Part shown: one piece after another, positions 12,101 to 22,812 of the stretch
How the letters are laid out: each line of letters opens with the position of its first letter
How positions within the stretch are numbered: position 1 is the first letter of the stretch
NCBI GenBank assembly: GCA_002633005.1
Contig: NMRA01000373.1
Span: 186,001 to 250,000 of the forward strand
Direction: 5' to 3'
Length of the DNA: 64,000 bases
Source of the DNA: Phoronis australis
Taxonomy: Eukaryota > Animalia > Phoronida
Notes under the pieces: model-generated
Databases searched by the model: none
What the model was told of the DNA's origin: nothing
Seen by the model: only the letters and a program-made list of their open reading frames with translations
Position numbers and translations under genes: made by a program

Positions 12101-15100
12101 GTTCCACTGGACCTCAAATCGGATGACCATGGATTGGTGGGGGCCTGTGGCTTTGAGGACCCCAACCAAGTGCCTAGTTGGCCTTGCGAATACGAGGGCT
12201 CTTACACGCGACCTTCAGATAACTCCTTACCCCCAAGTTCGCTTTGCTCGTCATATAATTTTAGAGCTCAAGCATGATGACCAGCAACATGGTAGGCCTA
12301 CTATGTAGAAACAGTTACCGCACCTCCCGAAAAACTGCATAGTTTAGCACGCACTAGTTATACAGTTTTCTGGTTATCAGATTTGGTCCTTTAGTATAGC
12401 TTGGTTTACCAAGATCATTCATGGCTTAGTATGCCGCTGAGTAACATTATCTCCGCTTGGTCGTTACGAATTTGCGGGACTATCAAGTCGAACCCCTGTG
12501 TAAACCTTCACAGCAAACGAAACAACTTAATCAGTGGCAAGAATTTGGTTGGAAGTAACGGGGCACTTGAGCGTAGCAAGAGATTTGGAGACAGTTTGTG
12601 CAAATTACAAAAAAAAATAGATAAAAAATAGCGGTGCAGGCCCTGAATAAAACAGCATCAATTTAGCTACAGTTTGTATAGTTGTGACAATTTGTAGACC
12701 CACGGAGCATTGAAGTTTGTAGGTCGGGTACGTTTCAACATTTGATTGGCAAATTTGAAGCCAGCGTACGACTGAAATACTCACCACGTTTGAAGCTTTT
12801 GCACAAAAAACTAGAGGGGGTAATACAGTTGGCGTCCACCCAGTACCCAAGGTCAACATGCATGGCAACGCAGTTCTCTGAGTTCCCTCCGTTTGGCTCA
12901 ATTCCGCTCATGGCTGCAAATAGTTATTACTCCCAATAGATTATAACAAGTACCAGACATCAGTGATATATACTCAAAACTATATGGGCCGGGAAAGTAC
13001 ATACTGCAGTACCATTCATTTTCACCAAGAATCACATCTTTCTTCGTCTTTACATGTGCATTCGTTTGAATACTTAGATCTGCAGGGCCTTCCTTTAGGA
13101 AGGTTTGCAACTTCACCAACCCCAATAGTCATTTGTCTATAATTTGACAAAGAGTAATTACTCGAAGTCTGCAAAAACTAATCCGTAATACTAAGCTACC
13201 TGAAGTCACGGCTGTTGCACAGTCATAGTTCTTACACTTATAAACATAACTCAAGGATCCGAAAAGCTTAGTTCGTCGTCTCACCAACACGGCTCACACA
13301 CCGCCACACACAATGACAGATTCACACACCAGTGCTGCTTGTGCATTAAAAATCTCATTCCTGGACTCCAAAACAAGGCTCCTTCAGCCACGTTTTTATT
13401 AGAAAGCCAGAACTATTGCAACAAGCGCGGCAGCCGCGGTGTTCGGGTAGCTTGAGTACAAAGTTAGACTGTTGAACATGAAAGTATGTTTTTTTGCCCT
13501 TGGAACGCGCTCGGGAATCTTACCATTAAAGGCAATCGCTGTTCCGTCTGTTCCTTGAAAGATGTTTTCAGTAGTTTGGTCGTGGATGCCCAACCAAATC
13601 ATCGTGTCATTAGCCTGGAAAATTTAAACATTTAAGGTTATGCAGTAACTTATCCGGTGACATTGATTTATTCCTGTCAGAAGTTCGTCAGAGACTAAAT
13701 TGACTGTGACGTTTACTCTGTAACAGTCTTTTTTCCTTCTTCTTTCAACTCATCGACTGTTGCTGGTGTTGAAATTAAATTGCCTTAAGTTTGCACTTCA
13801 GTGACTAGTAGCATTACATACAACTGAGTAGTTCGTTTGCCATTCTTGTGCATTCAGAACACGTTACGACTCACGCTTCTGTTGTCCCAGCAAGCCAAGG
13901 GAATTGATCTGGCAATGTTGAAGTGAAAGTACATTTTTGGGACGACCTGTATTTTCTGAAGATACATGTAGGAAGCCTTTAAAATATCATTTGAGACTTC
14001 TGAATTCCTATCTGCCATAAACTGGGTCACGTAACCGTGTTTTTATTCAAATTTAGCAAAAAGAAAAGGTTCATCGATCGAAAAACAACGATGCCCATAA
14101 CTTGACCAAATTTCGGTGGAAAAAATATTCATGATGAAATCTTAAAGTCGTCTAAAGTACTATTTAGAACATATAATATATCTAATTTAAAACCGTGGCA
14201 CAACATATAACGAGGTTTTTCAAACCAGTCCTAACTTACGACAAGTGTTATCCTGTCATTCATAATTTATGGTGAGGTACTCTGCGATGAAGATTCTTCA
14301 TTTCCGGTGCCATCCAGTTATTTACGTCATATTACGAACGTTACTCAGTCGATGTGCGTAACTTACCACAGATAATAACCAGTCGCTTTCCTCCTCTGAC
14401 TCTGGCCTCGCCAAATCCATTCCTATAGAGTTGCAATAATTCTTCGATTTCTCCCACGTCTTTTTGCCGTATACAAATTTATAATCAAACCCGTCGCGAA
14501 ACAGAGCCTCCGTCACTGGCAAAAACACGAGTGAAATGATTTACATGTATACATATCGACGCATGATTGTCTGCTAGCCCGCTGCCCAAATTGCCAACAA
14601 CACAGCCTCCGAACATTTCACTAACTGTAGAACTATACAGTGACCGACCAGTATTTCGTAAATCTTCGAAAAACACTCTTTTAGAGTTAGTTGTGTCTGA
14701 TCAGTATCAGGGGGTATCTTTTTAACTCCGTGTGTTGATGGGTTTTAGAGAACAAATGAGTCCCGCCATCCTCATCATTTAAAACTGCATTTCCTTGTGT
14801 TCTGATATCCTCTAAACAAAATTAAAACGAGGAGACTCACTCGCCCAGAGATGACCCAAAATGTCATTGCCATAAACACAAAGAAGATACAACTGCAAGT
14901 AAGAAAAAATCTTCAGAAAATCAAATTTGGCTAATTCGTCTAAAGTAAGCAGCTTCTCTTTAATTGCAGACTGTTCCTAACTATACATGCCAGAGCCTTC
15001 GACCGTATAGAGTTAGTTCACTGATTTCTTTTACGAGACGATTCACCTCAGCTGTGTTGATTTATTCCAACTTGGAGTTTTCGATCTGACCTGCAGCACT

Positions 15101-18100
15101 GAGTGTTACTAAATTTTTCGCTAGAGTGCGCGAGCGCCTGCAAAGCACTCACCTGGTTGAAAGCTTTCGCACACGAAGCTTCGCGTGGTCCCACAGTCTA
15201 CGTCCACCCAGCAGCCATGGCCTCTGAAGAAGGCAACACAGTTCTCTGAGTTCCCTCCGCTAGGCTCACCGCTGCACATTCCTGGAAATAATGGATCATT
15301 ACACCACAAGAAAACTGGATACTCGTTCAAATTTATTGATTAATTTGAAACTGCGTTTTCTCCAATTTAGCTTTGCAAAAAGCAAAGCTAACTCTTGCCC
15401 CCGACCCATTATTTGGAATGGAGCCCCATGGTAGTTGTTTTAGGGTTTGACCACTTCATAAGACCGTAACTTCTTAGGAAACTGGGCGTTAGGAAGACTT
15501 GGGCCAATGCTGCCTCTGTCGCTCACGAAATCTGACAGACGACTACTCACTGTGTCCACGGAGTCATGTCTGTACTTTACATGAAGAAATGTGCGATGGA
15601 ACAACGTTCTTGGCGATCCGTTTGACTATCTACTAGTTCAGTTCTCACACAAGCATCACCGCTGTCACCCGTCCTCTTGAACAAAATTAAATTTAACTGT
15701 ACCGCAAAATAGATATCATTTCGTTCGCCAGACTGAATCGCGCGGAATGCCGTTGACACACTTTTGCAGACAATATCTTGGTTACTTTAGATGGAAAATC
15801 ATCTACTATTCACGGCAGCATACAGTCCACACTTCAAGGAACCCGCAACTATTGTGCTTCCTGCGGCATGAGTGGCAATGTTGACAATGTGAATTTTTTC
15901 TGCATACTTGACAATTTCTTGGTAAACATAATACTGTGCAACGGCATAGACATTGCTGTCTCCGATCTTTATAATATTGGCGTACAATGTGACCGTCGGG
16001 TCAACTTCACAGCTCGCGTGAGCAAGATGTACACTCGAGTCAACACGTCTACACATGCAGAGGAGAGGAATCCAGTAATACTTTACTGGGAAGAGCTTGG
16101 TCTAATCCGCTGTCAGTTATGCTATATTAATGCTCAACATGAACCACAACCACATCAACAGATAGGCTACAAAACACAGGTCTTTGTGTCGCCACAGGAT
16201 GCACAAAGTCTTCCTTCATCGCATCACTCAGTACGTCGCTGCTATTCCTAGCGTTGTGGAGAGAAAGAGGCGGCAACAGGTCACAATTACAAAAGCAATC
16301 TAGAAATCTGTGCACCGTCTGCACAATCAGATATAAAAATCATTTGACAGAGGCACGACATTTGCTTTCGTTCTTCAAGAGTAAAACGTCTAGAATATCT
16401 TTATCTTCTCGTAGAATGCCGTTGCCAGAGGCTAAGACGGAGCTCTTGTAAATCTGCAGCTGAATGATTGACTTTTGAATGAATCTTATTGGCCAACACT
16501 AAATCAATACTGACTGGTTGTCAATTGATGAGGTCGACGAACACCCCACCCTGTCATTGTTACTCTTAACAGTCATGCAAAGGAATGTCCAGCTAGGACT
16601 ACAGAGGCCCATTGTCGCCAACTGCTTTGGAAACCTGTAGGTGAAGATCATATTGTTGGCTTTGATTGATGACTTTTTCGGAAGACAACATTCCAGGTTT
16701 TGGAATCATTGCATCTGTTCATGAAACACCACTATCGATGAAGGGTCTGAATGTCACAGTCTATTCACTTGCAGCAATTGCATGCAAGTCTAGGCCATAC
16801 AATCTTTAATACAGAGACACCCTTTGAGATCGCTGCTGCAAGCCAATGAAAGGCTATACACAGCTCATAGGCAACACCAGTATTGGTACATTCCATCTCC
16901 TGACGTCAGAGCTGAATATTGATAGACGATTAGTGTTCCATATCATCAATGACGTGCGACATGTAATTACACGTAATTACAATTAATTAATAAAATTTGT
17001 CTCAACAAGAATGGTCGTCATTTAAACGCCAATAAGCACATAGTATATTTACCTATGGAGTGGCGAATAGTAGTTACAGTTATTAAAACTATTTCAATTC
17101 GGCCCTGTATCTTCATTGTCCCAGGAATCTTACCACTGAAGCTCATCACAGTTCCGTCTGTTCCTTGAAAGACACCTTCAGTATTCATATCGTGAAAGCC
17201 CAACCACAATTCCGCGGCATTACTCTGGGAAAAGTGAATACAGGTATAAGTTCTTTTAAGCCCGGTTTCTGTTAAAAACAGTAACTAGACATGCAAATAA
17301 CTCATGATTTATCCAAGCTGATCCAGGATTTAGTAAATGGTGCTCTGATAGGAATAACAAATACAAATGATGACGTCATTCATAATTTGCGTTAAAAGCT
17401 TTTTTAGGAGATGACCAAATGTTACAGCGTTAACCAATTGGGAACATAAGAAGAAGGAAGACTACACTGGTGGTAGAAGCCCCCAAGGGAAGTACAAGTG
17501 TTACTCAGCTTTGAAAACTATTATCAAAGAAATTGGATTATTCACAACTAAAACCAAGCATCTTAAATTAAGGAAGAAAAAACAGACTAGAGTTCCTTAA
17601 AGGTCTCGCAACGAGAAAAATCAAGCCAAAATCACGTGCTCTCATTGAAAATACACGACACTACCGCGCGGAATCTCACGAGATCCTGATTTTCTAGAGA
17701 GACACTAGCGTTACTAAACGATCCCCAGATGCCCGTTATGTAGACGCAAAAGTTTGCGAAAACGCAAAATCACAGAAGTCTTCACGATATATCGTCATGA
17801 ATTACAAGCAAACACGTGATCAAATTAGCTTTATAAGGGAGATTTTTGCTTCAGCTGAACTCAGTTCAGGTCTCATCAAACAAGTTCAGTTGGTAAACTA
17901 ATTATGTCTAATTACTCTTCGATGAATATTTTAAACGGGAACCTCTTCTTAACTTAGTTGCATATGTACTGGTCTCATTGCATATCCTCCAAGAAATCAA
18001 TCAGCCGTGAAAAACTGCCAACTGGTGAAACTTTCAAAGTGCACTTCCTTCATTTTTTTGCCCAAACACAAAATTCAGTGAAAGGTTCAGACTAAATTAA

Positions 18101-21100
18101 TATCTAACTTGGAAGCTGCACTGTTTCTCACATGCATACGAGTCAGCTTCTCTTTCAAGGAAAAGTAAACTTGCAAACAGTTTTTGCCGAGTTCACTGTT
18201 GATTTATAATACAATTTCTTTTGATTTTCGTCTCATCTAATTATATGATAGCTTCGACGAAAGTAGTCAGGTTTTTCTACAATATATCATCAAAATGCTA
18301 CGCCCTCGTTGTTCCAAAACTGCATTTTCTTGCAAACCACTTCATGCATGTCAGTTGTAAAATGCTGCAATACCAGCTATGCATGCACACACCCAGGGGC
18401 CTCGGGGGACACGTTCGAGAAAAGTGAGCAAAACGGTCCGCCTTAGCAAACAAGAAGTCCGAAAAGTAGAATAAGAGACAAAAATTTTTTAGTAAAAGGT
18501 CCACTTTCTCAAAATTTCGAGCCCTCCCATTTTTAGGCTGGGTGTGCGCATGCTATTCCCATCTAAACACTATTAACAGCGAATACAACGGACTCTGTGG
18601 CAAAGGAAATCAACATGACATTCCAAACAAATTTGCTTGACAATGTAGAAATTAAAGTACAAATTTGAACCAGAAAGGCCGAAGCTTGTCGTAGTCTTAC
18701 TTAGTACAGCTGTTACCGTGTTTTTAAGTAATTACAAAACCTAATCAGCTATTCATAAGTTTTTATGGTTACCAGCAGTTACTCACAACTTATTATTATT
18801 ATTTACCTAAACATCACATTCTAGGATACGATATGTAGGTACAGCTAAATATCCTTACAGTATAAATAACAATATACANGTGCTATTCCCATCTAAACAC
18901 TATTAACAGCGAATACAACGGACTCTGTGGCAAAGGAAATCAACATGACATTCCAAACAAATTTGCTTGACAATGTAGAAATCAAAGTTCAAATTTGAAC
19001 CAGAAAGGCCGAAGCTTGTCGTAGTCTTACTTAGTTCAGCCGTTACCCTGTTTTTAAGTAATTACAAAACCTAATCAGCTATTCATAACTTTTTATGGAT
19101 ACCAGCAGTTACTCACAACTTATTATTATTATTTACCTAAACATCACATTCTAGGATACGATATGTAGGTACAGCTAAATATCCTTACAGTATAAATAAC
19201 AATATACACGTTAATCGTCGTAACAAATGTTGTTTATTTATTCTTTTAAACTTCACATTTAACTAATATCCTGCTTTGATAGCAGTTGCAAAAATTAGCA
19301 AGTGGTTAAAAATACCTACATTAGTATGAAAACGATATATATTGTTTCATTAATTTGAAGTGATGCCTCAAAAAGCTGTGTTTGAAATATAAGGACTATA
19401 GCATTCACCATTGCAAACAAAATTATTAACCTAAATTATTAAAGATGCATGTAACGCGAAAGCTCGTCAAAAATATCTTTTAGACAAACAATTGCCGACG
19501 AAGCTATCATCCCGCACCGTGCACTACATAGTTATTTCCAGAACAAATTCACAATTTTTGAAATACGGGAGGAGGAAAAATTTTGGTCATCGCAGAGTTT
19601 CCAATCTCCCCCCACTTATGATAAATGCGCGCATGCGCTTAAAGTCATTCGACAAACAGCTGACTGACAAGAAGAATATTAACGGAGGTTTAATAGGTCT
19701 AAACAACTGCGTAATGAGAAGGCTGGTTGTTATGATGGCGTGATTTTTGAAATGCTGAAGTGTAGTAAAGTAACGATAGTGTCAATTTTGCATAAGCTAT
19801 TCAATGCGATTTTTGATTCTGGGTATTATCCTTAGACTTGGTGTGACGCAATGCTTACTTCAGTGTATGAACAAGGTAAAAATCAATGAACAAAATAACT
19901 ATAGAGGCATGTCCCTGCTGTCTGCTTTGGGAAAATTTTTTACCAGACTGTTAAATAATCGTCTTTTTTACTGAGCTGAAAAGAACGATAAACTTAATGA
20001 GTCTAAAGCTGGCTTTACATGAGCGCACCCAGGGGGCGGGGGTCGAGCGAGCCCCCATTTGGCGAAGTGGGCAAAAAGGTTCCCCGCAGAGAAAAAACGA
20101 GCCAAAAGTCCACCAAAAAGGCAGGATCCACATCCCCAAAAATTAGAGCCCCCCATTTTTAGGCTGGGTGCGCGCATGTTGTAGAAAGGGGTACTCTACG
20201 ATTGACCAAGTTTTTACACTTCAAGCTATGTGTCAGAAGTATTCGAGTCGGCAGGGTGGCAGATTTTATTGAGCTTTTGTAACTGAGCTTTTGTGAATTT
20301 TTCAAAGACATTCGATCGAATCCCTCATAATTTACTCTTATATAGATTGTAAAATATTGATTTGCAGGGTAAATTTTTCAGCATACTCCGCTCAATGTAT
20401 GGTAAATTAGGCAGTTTCGTGGAAACTCAAGACAATCTTGTAGAGTTCGTTGACTGCACTGTTGGCACTCGCCAGAGTTGCATGATCAGTCCATTATTAT
20501 TTGTGTTGTATCTAAATAAATTTAAGATCAACTTGGAGAAAAGAGAATATTAATAGCACAGATTTCAACGAACAAGTGGCAAGTGTCAACTCCCCGTACG
20601 ATATGGTGTTGTGTTTCTCTACCGTTATCAATTTACCACGCATGCTAAATTGTTTGGCAAAATTTTGCGAATCAAGGGGCATGCTAGTAAACTTGAAGAA
20701 ACCAAGGTAATAATTTTCGGAAATGGTGGTCCCTAAGACGATATCAGAAATGGCTCTGCAACGGAATTTTGGTCCATGTTGTGTCTCATTACAAATACCT
20801 TGGACTATTTATTACCCCAAAAGTTTCGTGGACCAATTAGCTACTAAAACGTCATCTAGTCAAACAAATAAGTCTGTCTTTGAATTTGTAAATTGAAGCG
20901 AAGATGTCATGATTTACCTCCGTCGATAGCCTTTCACCTGTTCGATGAAATGGTTCACCTCTCTTTGTGTTATGGTGCTGAGATATGAGACTACAAGGAG
21001 TATGAACAGTTGGAAAATGTACACATCGAGTTTTGTAAACGTACCACAGGAGTGGGTAGTCGTTTTTCGAACTCGGCATTTCTGGGAGAATGTGGTTGAT

Positions 21101-22812
21101 TCCCATTGTTTACTAAATATTTTATTTCCTGTATAAAACATTGGTTCAAAATACTGGGGATGCCAAGTAATTGTGTTGTAAAGGCAGCACATGATATGTC
21201 TTTTCAGTTAGACTTGATCGGAAGATCTTATAATTGGGCAAATTTGTAAGGAGACTTCTGTCTGTATTAGGTTTTTCAGACAAATGGATTAACCAGGGCG
21301 TGGTGAACCAAGCGTATTTGTTAACATTTTTTTCCCAGCGTGTCAGTAGTGACCGCTGTTTAATAGGCTGACATTCTGATATTGAATTTAACGCAAAACT
21401 GTCTCGCTATGTGAGGTTCAAAACAATGTATTATCTATAGAATTATTTAGAAATAGTTAATATTCCAAGTGTTTTTGTCCAGTCTCTGACTCGATGACGA
21501 TGCTCAAATCATTCGTTACTAGTGTTCAATTACATTCCAACACGCTTTACGAAATTCACAATTGATGCCATCGTTTCCAGGCATATTACTAGACTTTGTT
21601 TCTGGAACAGATTCTTACAATTCTTCTTTAATCAGATCTAGATCGAAAAAGTCTGATAAGATTTTTTTTGCGTTGATCAATTAGAAACATCGTTTGGAGC
21701 AGTCATTGCCACGTTGTGTTGATCGCTATCGGAGATTTTTTGTTGTAATTGACTTGCATATCTCGAACAGTTGTAGGGTAATGTATAATCTTATCATACT
21801 GTATTTTTACAGGGCACAGGGGCTGATCCAGGATTTTTAAAAAGGGATCGGATAAAAGATTTTTATAAAGGGGTGTTCAAGTCAACAATTTAAAAATTCT
21901 AGATTTGATATCACTAAAATCAAGGGAGAAAGGGGGTCCGGGCACCCTTGAACTCCCTGAATCTGCCTACGGTGCATTAATATTTTGGTTGTTGTAACGC
22001 TCCTTTAAATTACTTACGATTCTCGCCTTGCTCTGCCCATTGTGATTTATGCATATACAGAGTCAAACTTGTCTAAATAATTTGCAAATAAGATTTTGTT
22101 TTTGTAAAAACTTTTTGAATTCCTCCCAAGGGCCACTTTCAAATTTGGATGTCAAAGTGTATATTTTTTCCACCAAAACAATTTTTTCTGATAGAGTCTT
22201 CCTAAATTTAACTTTGTTCAATTTCCAAATCAAATTGTTTGTTTAAATAACTATTGCTCAATTTAGAAAGATGAGGCACTGTCTTCTCATTTCCAGTTGT
22301 TTCGAAGTATAAAATAATGGCCGAGTCATCTGAAAATATAAAGTCGCTGATGATGTCAACTTCTTTGATTGGAATTTCTAGTTAGCCACATGTTTAATTC
22401 TACTTCGACAAGGCATTATTGTATACATCCAACTTATATTATCCCATTGTGAATATTACCTAAGTATTCATAATTACTTACTAGGGATTTTATCCAATTG
22501 TCTTCCTCCACAGATTCGGGCGTCGCCAACTCCATTCCTAAGGACTTGCAATAATTCTTCGAATTTTCCCATGTCTTTTTGGCGTTTACAACTGTATAAT
22601 TGTATCCGTCGCGATAGAGCGCTTCCGCAACATGCAAAAAAACAAGTAAAGTCATGTGCAGATACATAGTGACGATCGAAGAATTCGCCTAGGCGAAAGC
22701 AGTGATCGCTTAAAAAGTTTCTAACGTGGCCTTATATACTTGAACCACGCAATAACAGTAGTACTACCAGCCACCGAGTATGAGCAGTACCAGCGCTCAT
22801 TGCCGATAACAT
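1..22812 (-). CDS. Partial multi-exon gene: secreted/membrane protein SP-CTLD-CTLD-WSC-PKD/Ig-like (polycystin-1/REJ-like N-terminus), continues off the left edge
   Basis: Exons 22812-22740 (tentative), 22621-22482, 17224-17134, 15281-15153, 14515-14367, 13614-13524, 12913-12785, 9177-9054, 1092-941 and 147-1 have AG/GT boundaries and join in one stop-free frame (intron phases 1,0,1,1,0,1,1,2,1). Confidence 0.7.
941..1092 (-). CDS. WSC domain second exon plus linker (FNGMWETNCLCFPPGKGINLKKCLEQTTRWRNFTVEKTPPRVTKISVILP)
   Basis: C-x-C motif completes the WSC domain; ctttgtag acceptor in phase 2 matches the upstream exon; GTACTG donor. Confidence 0.65.
1494..1750 (-). mobile_element. Internally deleted copy of the palindromic non-autonomous element at 48145-48887
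   Basis: 1494-1668 matches the reverse complement of ~48720-48887; 1675-1750 matches ~48147-48220. Confidence 0.75.
2065..5454 (+). repeat. ~1.7-kb direct tandem duplication (2065-3772 / 3774-5454) joined at a single N; probable assembly/haplotype artefact
   Basis: Both copies start tggatatgggggaacat and end actgtacact; N at 3773; they differ by scattered SNPs and indels. Confidence 0.85.
4165..7168 (+). mobile_element. Decayed PIF/Harbinger DNA transposon with Myb/SANT-like ORF remnant (left end duplicated at 2455)
   Basis: TIR cagccgatttc...gaaatcggctg; subterminal aaacc(a/t)gg-type repeats at both ends; peptide EKRNDKQLKDFWKRAKMKTKKEFPTLRNAAKKTGGGP (~4530-4645) resembles the Harbinger Myb/SANT protein; empty-site paralog at 28198-28795. 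Confidence 0.75.
8452..8607. mobile_element. MITE with 13-bp TIR cagtgctgtagta/tactacagcactg
   Basis: Perfect terminal inverted repeat, internal gtaggcgc/gcgcctac inverted motifs; no clear TSD. Confidence 0.6.
8951..9004 (+). repeat. 20-bp minisatellite (ttggtgtgacggaaccctta) x~2.7
   Basis: Directly visible tandem copies. Confidence 0.9.
9054..9177 (-). CDS. WSC domain, first exon (ASCLEDPLSAISSAVFANEQDSSTVTPESCLSKCSAIGYGEG)
   Basis: C-x-x-D ... T-P-E-x-C-x3-C-x3-G-Y WSC pattern; tttttacag acceptor (phase 1), GTGGGT donor (phase 2). Confidence 0.7.
10609..10869 (+). mobile_element. MITE family A (TIR catgcgcgcacccag), 5-bp TSD caaca
   Basis: 15-bp perfect TIR; caaca on both flanks. Confidence 0.9.
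12785..12913 (-). CDS. C-type lectin domain 2, exon c (AMSGIEPNGGNSENCVAMHVDLGYWVDANCITPSSFLCKSFKR)
   Basis: EPN and WVD motifs; paralogous to 15153-15281, same 129 nt; not reported in this frame by the ORF track. Confidence 0.9.
13524..13614 (-). CDS. C-type lectin domain 2, exon b (ANDTMIWLGIHDQTTENIFQGTDGTAIAFN)
   Basis: Paralogous to 17134-17224, same 91-nt length and phases. Confidence 0.88.
14367..14515 (-). CDS. C-type lectin domain 2, exon a (VTEALFRDGFDYKFVYGKKTWEKSKNYCNSIGMDLARPESEEESDWLLSV)
   Basis: Paralogous to 22482-22621; ttttgccag acceptor (phase 1), GTAAGT donor. Confidence 0.88.
15153..15281 (-). CDS. C-type lectin domain 1, exon c (GMCSGEPSGGNSENCVAFFRGHGCWVDVDCGTTRSFVCESFQP)
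   Basis: EPS, E.C, WVD..C.....FVCE motifs; tttccag acceptor, GTGAGT donor; 129 nt. Confidence 0.9.
17134..17224 (-). CDS. C-type lectin domain 1, exon b (SNAAELWLGFHDMNTEGVFQGTDGTVMSFS)
   Basis: WLG..D...EG.F...DG motif; ttttcccag acceptor, GTAAGA donor; 91 nt. Confidence 0.88.
18382..18552 (+). mobile_element. MITE family A copy
   Basis: Degenerate TIR catgcacacacccag/ctgggtgtgcgcatg; TSD ctatg/ctatt; internal similarity to the 10609 copy. Confidence 0.8.
18551..19208 (+). repeat. ~330-bp direct duplication joined at a single N (18879); probable assembly artefact
   Basis: 18551-18878 is nearly identical to 18881-19208. Confidence 0.85.
19685..21520 (+). mobile_element. Decayed non-LTR retrotransposon reverse transcriptase (RTE/L2-like), interrupted by a MITE
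   Basis: Remnants NYRGMSLLSALGKFFT, ESKAGF-RKGYSTIDQVFTL, FDRIPH, GTRQSCMISPLLFVLYLN, YKYLG with many stops and frameshifts. Confidence 0.85.
20018..20178 (+). mobile_element. MITE family A copy inserted in the LINE RT
   Basis: TIR catgagcgcacccag/ctgggtgcgcgcatg; TSD cttta/ttgta; removing it restores AGFRKG. Confidence 0.85.
21817..21971 (+). mobile_element. Degenerate MITE (caggggctgatccagg...), related to 39803-39991
   Basis: gatccaggatttt start shared with the 39803 copy; TSD gggca/gtgca. Confidence 0.55.
22482..22621 (-). CDS. C-type lectin domain 1, exon a (LYRDGYNYTVVNAKKTWENSKNYCKSLGMELATPESVEEDNWIKSL)
   Basis: CTLD N-terminal motif KTW..S..YC...G..LA...S.EE..W; GTAAGT donor; acceptor position uncertain. 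Confidence 0.85.
22740..22812 (-). CDS. Candidate signal-peptide exon of the lectin/WSC gene (MLSAMSAGTAHTRWLVVLLLLRGS)
   Basis: ATG, hydrophobic core, weak phase-1 donor GTATAT. Alternative: in-frame ATG at 22667 gives signal-like MYLHMTLLVFLHVAEA contiguous with the next exon. Confidence 0.35.

Noticed and set aside
15580-16900. Coding-looking intronic region with 157-aa and 85-aa ORFs
   Set aside because: No recognisable motif or consistent frame; probably decayed TE, unresolved without a search.
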